Source: Squalus acanthias
Lineage: Eukaryota
Direction of reading: 5' to 3'
DNA length: 64,000 nt
Assembly (NCBI GenBank): GCA_030390025.1
Contig: CM059432.1
Coordinates: 39,372,001 to 39,436,000 of the forward strand
Made by a program: the position numbers and the translations under genes. Below, in pieces: positions 50,851 to 61,312 of this stretch. Every line of letters starts with the position of its first letter. Position 1 is the stretch's first letter. A model generated the notes under the pieces. It was not told the origin of the DNA. It saw nothing but the letters and a program-made list of their open reading frames with translations, and did not search any database.

Positions 50851-51890
50851 CTTTTTATTCGCTTATGGGATCTGGGCGTCACTGGCAAGGCCAGCATTTA
50901 TTGCCCATCCCTAGTTGCCTTTGAGAAGGTAGTGGTGAGCCGCCTTCTTGAACCTCTGCAGTACTCCCACAATGCTGTTAGGTAGGGAGTTCCAGGATTT
51001 TGACCCAGCGACGATGAAGGATCGGCGATATACTTCTAAGTCAGGATGGTGTGTGACTTGGAGGGGGTGGTGTTCCCGTGCGCCTGCTGCCCTTGTCCTT
51101 CTAGGTGGAAGAGGTTGCGGGATTGGGAGGTGCTGCCAAAGAAGCCTTGGCGAGTTGCTGCAGTGCATCTTGTACACACTGCAGCCACGGTACGCTGGAG
51201 GGAGTGAATGTTTAAGGTGGTGGATGGGGTGCTAATCAAGCAGGCTGCTTTGTCCTGGATGGTGTCGAGCTTCTTGAGTGTTGGAGCGGCACTCCAGGCA
51301 AGTTGAGAGTATTCCATCACACTCCTTACTTGTGCCTTATGGAAAGGCTTTGGGGAGTCAGGAGGTGAGACACTCGCCGCAGAATACCCAGCCTCTGACC
51401 TGCTTTCGTTGCCACTGTATTTATGCAGCTGGTCCAGTTATGTTTCTGGTTAATGGTGACCCCCAGGATGTTGATGGGGGATTCGGCACTGGTAATGCCA
51501 AGGGGAGGTGGTTAGACTCTCACTTGTTGGAGATAGTCATTGCCTGGCACTTCTGTGGCGCAAATGTTACCTGCCACTTATCAGCCCAAGCCTGAACTTC
51601 ATCTGGGTCTTGTTGCATGCAGGCATGGACTGCTTCATTATCTGAGGAGTTGTGAATGGCACTGAACACTGTGCAGTCATCAGCGAACATCCCCATTTCT
51701 GACCTTATGTTGGAGGGACGGTAATTGATGAAGCAGCTGAAGATGGTTGGGCCTAGGACACTGCCCTGAGGAACTCCCTGCAGCTGTGATGATTGACCTT
51801 CAACCACCACAACCATCTTCCTTTGTGCTAGGTGTGACTCCAGCCAGTGGAGCATTTACCCCCTGACTTCAGTTTTCCTTGATGCCAGAC
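50850..51890 (-). mobile_element. CR1/L2-group LINE 3' part, sister of 15559-25662
   Basis: [24 protein letters not shown]-terminus FKKAAHHYLLKGN. Confidence 0.88.
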
Positions 51891-52199
51891 TTGAAAAGGG
51901 GAAACTGAACTAATAGTACCAGAAACACAGTATGAAGTTTGGGAAAGATAGGCTAGATGGACCAATCGTCTTCTTCTGTCCAAGACATTACTGTTTATGT
52001 TACTATATTACTGTTGTCCCTCATCATACTGAAGGTCCTTGTCCAGCACTGGCCCATGTGTTGTCCCTGTTACAAAGCAAATTTATGCAACATACCGCAA
52101 ACCACTATCCTATGGGACACTGTGGGCCGTATTGCAGGATGCCACCAGACCTGTCCAGGCAGCAAAATCATTGCATGAAGGCTACTTAATGAGGGCTCT

Positions 52200-52980
52200 A
52201 GTGGAGCCAAAGACTTGATCGTAGCACAGTTCAGCCGCCGAGTATGAGTTCCTGAGAGGAGTCACGATCCAAGTGTACAGGTGATAGCCCTTGTCCCCAC
52301 GTAGCCAGCCTCTTACTTGCTGTGCAGGGGCAGAGAGTGAGAGATGAGGATTGGTACAAGATAAAACCGTTATGGCAGATGGCTAGAAAGCAGGTATGAT
52401 ATGCTGCTGCTAATCACACACCAATTGTACAATCATGGAGTGATGGAGTGGAAGCCCTTACGATTCATGAAGGCAGTGGGTTACTCTGAAGGATCCCACA
52501 GGTCAATGTGGGTGCAGTCAATGAGGCCCTGGACTTGCAGGAATCCTGCAATGTGTGCTAACTTCAGAACCCTATTCTGCTGCTTCTGGAGGTCCATGCA
52601 GAAAGTAATGAAAGTGTTGCTTTAGCAAACATGACATCAGTCACCTGTTTAATGTAAGCCTGGATTGCAGACTGACTGATGTTGATGACATTCCCTGTGA
52701 CAGCCTGGAAGTTGCCTAAGGCAAAGAAGTTCAGGGCTGCCTTGTTGCCGGAGGAGACACAGCTGTGCGACGGCCTCCCTAGAGAAGCACAGCCTTCTTA
52801 TGCACTGCTCATCTGAGAAGTGCAGGTATGTTATCCTAGGCCTATACACCTAGATTCCTGCAAGCAAGCCTCCTTCTATTTTTTTCTCCCTGGAGCTGCA
52901 GCTCTGTGTGTTCCTTCCTCCTGAGACTCTTCCTCCTCCTCTTCCACTAGCCAGAGTGGAATTCCCAGAAGGATTAACCT
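52200..52980 (-). pseudogene. Ancient Harbinger transposase remnant
   Basis: YRPRITYLHFSDEQCIRRLCFSREAV; ALNFFA; QGLIDCTH; FMNRKGFHS; multiple stops and frameshifts. Confidence 0.8.
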
Positions 52981-53365
52981 GATGAAAAAAGGGCTTCACC
53001 AGAAGCTCCTTAATAGTTCAGAGTATTCTACAGTCACTACAAGCACTTTTAAATAGGCTAATTGGCCAAAAACCACATTGTGATAAAAACAAAATGTCTC
53101 CCAAAACTCCCATCATTTTACCTGACAGCCGCTGCGGATCCATTTAAATATCACTGACAATGGCCGTCTTCCGATTTGTACCACGTGTGGTTGGTGAGCG
53201 GTTTGGGGAACTGGCAATTGCAATGTGAGTGGAGACCAAAAAGGTGTCTGGGTCCTAATTGTGTCTTAATACCCTAATTTAAATATATTCATTAGGCTTC
53301 CACCTCTTTCCAGCATGGGCGCTGGCTGCTTAAATTAAAGCGTACTCGAATATCGTACAGGGCCT

Positions 53366-56300
53366 GGCCGGGAAATTCGATAAGGCCCGAAAACAGGCGG
53401 GGCCGCCGCGGGGCGAGATTTGTTCCCGCCCGTTTAGAAAGTGCAGGCAGCGCGTTAATTTGGTGCTGCCTGCTAATTTAAATGATTTTAGCGGACAGCC
53501 CAGCAACTTTGGTGCTGCTTCAGGCTGTGCGTTCAGCAGGAGGCCCAAGGTCACGTCGTTGTAGCAAGCTGCATTTTCTTAAAGCAAGGCTGTCAGTTTT
53601 GAAAGCAGTCTTGAGCCCTCAAAGGTGAACTGCCTTCTGAAAAAAAATAAAACATTGAATCAAATCAAAAATAGACAGTCTGCTGCTCTTAAAGCAGAAC
53701 TGCCTTCTGCATGTAAAAAAAAATGGTAAAAGTGCTTCAGCACTAATATAAATGGCTCAACAGGCCAGGGAAAGAGCACCCAGCGTCTCAAATGTAGCAC
53801 TCAAGCTTTGTGCAGGGGGTCAATACTGGAAGAGAGGTCCTCTACACACAGGGGGCCAGGAGGCCCTCCAGGAAAAAGGATGCTGGACCAGATCGCCGAG
53901 GCCGTCACTGCTAGCAGGACTTAGCTCCAGTGCCCAAAAAAGTTTCATGACCTCAGATGAGTAGTTAAGGTCAGTGAATGCATCTTCAAAAGCTGTCTCC
54001 TACCAACTGCACCACTAGCCTCACAGACTGCTCAATGCACGACACCCCCCATCACTCACCTACCAAATCTCTACCAAACACGAAGCACACCTCCCATTCC
54101 TAGCTTCACCCCAGCCCTTGGAGCAGATGGTGCTGGCCATTCTTGGCAGGGGCATGGCTGAACCCTTGGCCAGCGGCAGGGCTGAACGAATACAAGATGC
54201 CGGTATCCTCATACATTATCCTCCTTCTCACATCCCACTTCCCCTTCATCCCACAATATGTGCTGATTTACAATCTGATCATGGTGTAAGCATGCACTTC
54301 TTGCTTCCCCTCCTCCCCTCACCACAACCCTACCCTTGTGCCGTCCTCATTTCAGACACGCAAGAAATCCAGCCTGCCCAGCCAGTGGTTGACCAAGATA
54401 AGGGAGAGGAGATTGAAGAAGAAGAAGAAACACCGTCACTCGATTTGACACTCCCAGCCACCAGCTCCTCGAGGTAGGCCTGCAAGGCCATCTGCAGTAT
54501 CCCCCACTGAAGGTCAGCAGCCTTCCACCAGCCATGCTGCAGCTATTGGGGTAGCACTGTGTAGGAGCACTAGGATAGACAATGGCAGATGCAAGACAGT
54601 CACTAAGAGAATGCACAAGGCTGATTAGTTGATTTTTTGATATAATATTGGATAAAGTTGCTTTGTGTGGCTTTTATTTCATCATTGTGGCCAAGAGGGC
54701 GCTGCGATTGTCTGTAACAGAGGGAAGGCAAGGTGTGGGACAAATGCTAAAAGGTTGTGTACACTAGTACTGCTGCCAGATGATACGATCTTGGATATCC
54801 CAGCCAGAAAGGGGCTGTCTGGGTTGCCTCCAGCCTTCCACTTCCTCCCAAGGGGGACTGCATCTAGAGCCATAGAGTCATAGAGTTATACAGCACAGAA
54901 AGAGGCCCTTTGGCCCATCGTGTCCGCGCCGGCCATCAAGCCCTGTCTATTCTAATCCCATTTTCCAGCACTTGGTCTGTAGCCTTGTATGCTATGGTGT
55001 TTCAAGTGCTCATCTAAATGCTTCTTGAATGTTGTGAGGGTTCATGCCTCTACCACCCTTTCAGGCAGTGAGTTCCAGATTCTAACCACCCTCTGGGTGA
55101 AAAAGTTTTTCCTCAAATCCCCTCTAAACTTCCTGCCCCTTACCTTGAAACTATGCCCCCTGGTTATTGACCCCTCTACTAAGGGGAAAAGTTCCTTTCT
55201 ATCTACCCTATCTATGCTCCTCATAATTTTGTACACCTCAATCAGGTCCCCCTTCAGCCTTCTCTGCTCTAAGGAAAACAATCCCAGCCTGTCCAGTCTC
55301 TCTTCATAGCTGAAGCGCTCCAGCCCAGAAAACATCCTGGTGAATCTCCTCTGCACCCTCTCCAATGCAATCACATCCCTCCTATAATGTGGTGACCAGA
55401 ACTGCACACAGTATTCCAGCTGTGGCCTAACTAGCGTTTTGTACAGCTCCATCATAATCTCCCTGCTCTTATATTCTATGCCTCGGCTAATGAAGGCAAG
55501 TATCCCATATGCCTTTTTAACCATCTTATCTACCTGTCCAGCTGCCTTCAGGGATCTATGTACATGCACACCAAGGTCACTCTGATCCTCTGTCCTTCCT
55601 AGGATCCTACCATTCATTGTGTATTCCCTTGCCTTGTTTGTCCTCCCAAAATGCATCACCTCACACTTTTCAGGGTTAAATTCCATTTGCCACTGTTCTG
55701 CCAATCTAACCATCCCGTCTATATCGTCCTGTAGCCTGAGGCTTCCCTCCTCGCTATTTACCACTCCACCAATTTTCGTGTCATCTGCGAACTTACTGAT
55801 CATACCTCCTACATTCATATCTAAATCATTAATGTACACTACAAACAGCAAAGGACCCAGCACCGATCCCTGCGGTACACCACTGGACATAGGCTTCCAG
55901 TCACAAAAACAACCTTCGACCATCACCCTCTGCCTCCTGCCACTAAGCCAATTTTGGATCCAATGTGCCAAATTGCCCTGGATCCCATGGGCTCTTACCT
56001 TCTTGACCAGTCTCCCATGTGGGACTTTGTCAAAAGCCTTACTGAAGTCCATGTAGACTACATCAACTGCACTACCCTCATCCACACACCTAGTCACCCA
56101 CTCGAAAAATTCAATCAAATTGGTCAGACATGATCTCCCCCTGAAAAAGCCATGCTGACTATCCCTGATTAATCCCTGCCTCTCCAAGTGGAGACTAATT
56201 CTGTCCCTCAGAATTTTTTCCAATAATTTCCCTACCACTGATGTTAGGCTCACTGGCCTGTAATTCCCTGGTTTATTCCTACTACCCTTCTTGAACAATG

Positions 56301-56933
56301 GTACTACGTTAGCTGTTCTCCAGTCCTCTGGCACATCCCCTGTGGCCAGAGAGGTTCTGAAAATTTGTGTCAGAGCCCCTGCAATCTCCTCCCTTGCCTC
56401 ACACAGCAGCCTGGGATACATCCCATCAGGACTGTGTGCAAGTGATCTTCTCAGAGGCCTTTCTTTAACATCCAAAGCCTTGCAAGCATCCAGCAGCACT
56501 CCCTGCACACTTTAATATAATTTCAAATGTATTGCACTAAGCCACTACTCCAATAAAATGAAAAAAAAAACTCCAAAAGCTGAAATCGAAACTTACCTGA
56601 AAGATGTGTGTGTCCCTTTAAGAAGCGTTGACAGCGGCTCTGTACAACTGCTGCGTACACGGTTCTTCCGTGCGTGGTTAGGAGAGGGCGATATGGAGAG
56701 TGGCGACGTCCAAAATCGCAGTCATGCGTCAATTCAGGCGTTGCACGCCGATTGACATCACAATATACATATTTACATGGGAGAGGCGAGCGCAGGCAAT
56801 GGCAGCGCTGTCGACTTATCCAAAATGGCAGCCGCCATGTTTTGTGCTGGAAGTGCGCGGAAGCAAGGCGTCCACCACTTTTTCAACAAAACCAGCCTTA
56901 ACGGCTGGCGCTACAACCCCGAATCTTACGGCC
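53366..56933 (+). mobile_element. Harbinger deletion derivative, family 2, interrupted by a CR1
   Basis: TIR GGCCGGGAAATTCG / CGAATCTTACGGCC; TSD CCT/CCT; Myb remnants 53752-54477. Confidence 0.88.
54871..56428 (-). mobile_element. Young 5'-truncated CR1 (RT domain open)
   Basis: About 460 codons of uninterrupted RT-containing frame, with a premature stop at 55042; tail (GACTCTAT)n; very similar to 42047-44904. Confidence 0.95.
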
Positions 56934-58705
56934 CCTATTTCTGCTGGGTCATGAATTGGCCCAGTTACTACTGCCAGCACATCAACGTCTGCACTAGTTA
57001 CCTGCTGCTGTCTCTCTTGCAGTCCTCTGAGGGGGCCGACTGGGAGGGACCGATGGGTCATTGGTAAAGTCCTATCCATCTTTCCTCTTGCCATATTCTA
57101 GCTATTTTCTATGTTTTGTGGTTGATCAGAGAGCTATTTGAGGACAGACCCTTGGCTGCCACTAAATAGTGTGAAGCCTGTCATTGAGATTCTCTCAAGT
57201 GCTCCCTTAGCTTCTGTAGACCACAAATTAGGACCTCCAGTAAGTTGAATCCCAAGGTCCCAATAGCAACTGACACAGTAATGGTGAGAAAAACTGCTCT
57301 GGAATTGCGATTCACTCCATGGTGTTCTGCAGGTTATCGAAACCCTCTGACATGTCTACACAGATGTCGGGCCAGTACTGGTGTGTGTTCTCCAACACTC
57401 TGTGCGGGGAGCTCTAAAGACTATCATAGGACAGCATCAAGAGCTTCTGTTGGTTTATGAGTGTAGCTCAGTATGTAGCTCTTGTAAGTTGCAAATCCAT
57501 GGGCCCCACAGCAGCTACCTGTCTGCTGCTCTTCTGCTGCTATCTCCATTTGCTCGTTTTCACTGGTGCTCAGTGCCTCACCCAGTGCATCTGGTGCACC
57601 CTCCTGATTCTCTCTATCTAAGTCCCCTTGCAGTGGATATATTTGGGCTGTTGCTGTGGGGGTCTGGAACGCTTGACAGGTGCTGAGGTGATGGGGTTGC
57701 TTTCTGCTCTGGCGCCAACTTCCTCATTTTCAGAGACCTCTACATAAGGAAAAGGGGAATTTGTGTTTAGCATAGGGTATGCAGCCAATTCAGCGCACAC
57801 AGTAGCAACTCCACTACGGTGCCTTGCAGCAGAGGGGCAGATGCTGACTGCCTGTTAATCACTGAATGAGTGTTAGGTACTAGCAAGAAGAGGAATGTAA
57901 ATTAAGCTTCACAACAGGGCTGCTTGTGGGTGGGAAAAACACACAGGGAGTCTGTTTAAGTTATGTCTGGGATTTTTCCAGTGCCAAATATGTCACTTGT
58001 TGCAACTGGCATACATCCTGTAGATGTTTAATCTATATGTTTATGCCTTCCCCCAACATTACTGCCACAAACATGTGGATTATTAATCTGTCTTTACAAT
58101 GAATTAATCCTGATGAATGAGTTTCAGTAAAAGTTAAGGTCAGGTGGCTTTTTAACTCATTTTGGCTTTATCCGCAGTTTATGAGGTCATCAGAATGATT
58201 CAATTCAGCCCTGGCCTTGTAACTCACTCATCACCGTCTATTACCTTGTCTATTGATCTTATATCTGTGACTCTTACATCAGATTCTTCTGACTGAGTCA
58301 TTCATTGCAGGTGCACCGAGTAGTGTTACAGTGTCACAATGTGCCATAAACGTTTTGCATATCAGCCTCATTTTACTTAGTCATGTATTATGGTGCAAAG
58401 CTTCCCCCTTTTATTTCAAAATTTAGTGACAACAATAAATGAGTTATCTTCCACGTGGGTCATTAAAACACTCACTTTTATTGTGTGTCTAAAGGTTACT
58501 TCCAGCGGAGAAGGAAGAAGTCATATAAAATTTAATTCTGACATACCTTGGCAACCGTTGCCTTTCAGCGGTGTCCTGTCAGACGTATAGAGGTAGATTA
58601 AGTTATAGTGTGGTTTAGCCATTCAGAAATTCCACTTATTAACTGATATTTTATTTTATACAAACTAAGCTTTTGGGTTTTAGTCTTACCTTTAGGTATA
58701 AAATT

Positions 58706-61052
58706 GGCTGTGAAATTCGGCCCCTTAACGCCGGCTGTTAAGGCCGGTTGTGTCAAAAAATGGCGGCCACTTTGCTTCCGTCCACTTCTGGCGGGGCCGT
58801 GGCAGCCGCCATTCTGGGCAGGTCGGTAGCGCGGCCGTTGCCTGCATTTACCAGAAGAATGGTAATGAGGCAGATTGTGACTCAATCAGCGTGCAACGAT
58901 GGACTCCCCGCCAGCGCTACTTAAAGGGACACATGCAACTTTGAGGTAAGTTGCTTTTTGCTTTTGTACTGGTTCCTATACAGTTTTTGAGTAGCGGCTT
59001 GGTGTAAGACATTTTAAAAGTTTTTAGAGTGTGCAGTGAGTGCTGCTGAACATTTGCACGGCTTTGGCTCTTAAAGGCCTCCGAGAGCACAACTTGCTTG
59101 AGTGCCTGGGGGCTCTAGTTGCAGGCCCTCTTGAGCGACAGCATGACATGGAGATGGAGCAGAGGCAGCAATGGGAACAATTTGTTCGCAGAAGGAGGAG
59201 GAGAAGGAAGAGGAGGAGGAGAAAGAGGAAGAGGCAGAAGAAGAGGAAGCAGAGAGGAGGAAGTAGAAGAGGTGGAAGTGGAAGTGGAAGAGGAGAAAGT
59301 GGAAGGGAAGGAAGCGGAACAGAAGAAGGAGGAAGCAGAAGGAAGGATGCAACCCAGACAGCCCCTTTCTGGCCAGAATATCCGAGATTGAATCATCTGC
59401 CTGCGGTACCAGTGAACACAACCCCAATTCCCCTTTCAACATTTGTCCCACACCTTACCTTCCCTCTGTTACTGACCATCACAGCGTCCTCTTGGCCACA
59501 ATGCTGAAATAAAAGCCACCACAAAGCAAACGTTCCAATGCAACTTTATCCATATATGCATCCAATATTATATCAAAAAATCAACTAATCACCCTTGTGC
59601 ATTCTCTTAGTGACTGTCTTGCATCTGCCTTTGCCTATCCTAGAGCTCTTACGCAGTGCTACCCTAGTAGCTGCAGCATGGCTGGTGGAAGGCTGCTGGC
59701 TTTCAGTGGGAGAGAATGCAGATGGCCTTGCAGGCCAACCTCAAGGAGCTCTGGGCCGGAATTTGGACTGCACCACTCGGCAGGGGCGGTAGCAGTCTGG
59801 GCTGGCTGCCTGGGGGTGTGAAATTGAATGATATTGTTTCTTCTTCTTCTTCACTCTCCTCTCCTTCTTCTTGTTGACCCACTGGCTGGGCAGGCTGGAT
59901 TTCTTGGGTGTCTGAAATGAGAAAGGCACAAGGGTAGGGTTATGGTGAGGGGAGGGGGGGAAAGCAAGAGATGCATGCTTATACCATGTGCAGATTGTAA
60001 ATCAGAAGAGATTGTGGGATGAGGGGGAAGTGGGATGTGAGAAGAAGGATAACATATGAAGATACCAGCATCTTGTATTCCTTCAGCCCCACCACTGGCC
60101 ACGGGCTCAGCTATGCCGCTGCCAAGAATGGCCAGCACCGTCTCCTCCAAGGGGGTTAGGTGATGCAGGCATCGGTTAAGGTCTGCTGGCGCCGGTTATG
60201 CGCCACCTTTTCCTGCAAGAGAAAGAGAAGTGTGTCAGTGAGTGTGGTGTAATGTGTTTGGGTGATGTGGCTGACATGGCTGAATAACTGACAGTGCTCA
60301 AGCTGTGAGATGTGGGTGTGAGGCTTGCAACAGTGTAAGTGTGTGAGGGTGAGGTGAAGTTAGGAATGTGAGGTGTGCCTCCTGTTCGGTAGAGATTGTT
60401 GGTAGGTGAGTGATGGGGGTGTGTTGAATTGAGCAGCGAGTGAGGTTAGTGGTGCAGTTGGTAGGAGATGGCTTTTGAAGATGCATTCATTGACCTTGAC
60501 CACTCATCTGAGGTCATGAAACTTTTTTGGGCACTGGAGCCATGTCCTGGGGGGGCGACACTGCTTGCAGTGATGGCCTCGGTGATCTGGTCCCACATCC
60601 TTTTTACAGTGTTTCTGGAGGGCCTCCTGAACCCCTGTGGGTAGAGGACCTCTCTTTGAGTGTTCACCCTCTGCACAAAGGCCTCGAGTGCTGTGTCTGA
60701 GACCTTGGGTGCCCATTCCCTGGCTTGTTGAGTCATTTTAGTTTGTGCTGAAGCAGTTTTAAAATTTTTGATCACCAGAAGGCAGTTCACCTTTAAGAGA
60801 CACAGACTGCCTTTAAGAGGTGCAGGCTCACTTTAAGTAAAGCTAGCCTTGCGCAAACATCGTGAACTTCGGCCCCCTGCTGAGCGCACAGCCAGTCCGC
60901 AGCTCATTCAACGCTGGGCTGTGTGCTACAATCATGCAAAGTAGCAGGCAGCACAAATTTTACGTGCTGCCTGAACTCCTTTCAATGGGTGTGGGCAGAT
61001 CGTGCATTGCGATCCCTGTGCCCATTTTCAGGCCGAATCAAATTTCACCCCC
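58706..61052 (-). mobile_element. Harbinger deletion derivative, family 2, inverted relative to 53366-56933
   Basis: TIR GGCTGTGAAATT / AATTTCACCCCC (flanks ATT/AAC do not match); three-exon Myb on minus (60736-60495, 60212-60066, from 59911); core-deleted transposase on plus (~59090-59430). Confidence 0.85.
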
Positions 61053-61312
61053 AACATTTCTCAAACAAAACAGGAAGTTAGTAATCTTTTCTCGTCTTGG
61101 AGTATGGATATGCGGAACAGAATCCCAGCACAAACAGCTGAGTCTGAAATGATGAAATCCATCAAAAGGTGTTAGATATATATCAACTTCTGAATGATAC
61201 AGAAAGCTATAGGGATAATTAAAAACTGAGATGGTTAAATATTTCACAGGATTTGATAACTTAGATTTTGCTCTCTTGGCACAGTTTAAATCCGGATGGC
61301 TATCAGCATAAC

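Noticed and set aside
56429..56508. Novel N-terminus on the 488-aa RT ORF
   Set aside because: Chance read-through from flanking Harbinger sequence into a 5'-truncated CR1.
59040..59507. Protamine-like Arg-rich ORF
   Set aside because: It is a purine-rich tract inside a deleted Harbinger transposase.
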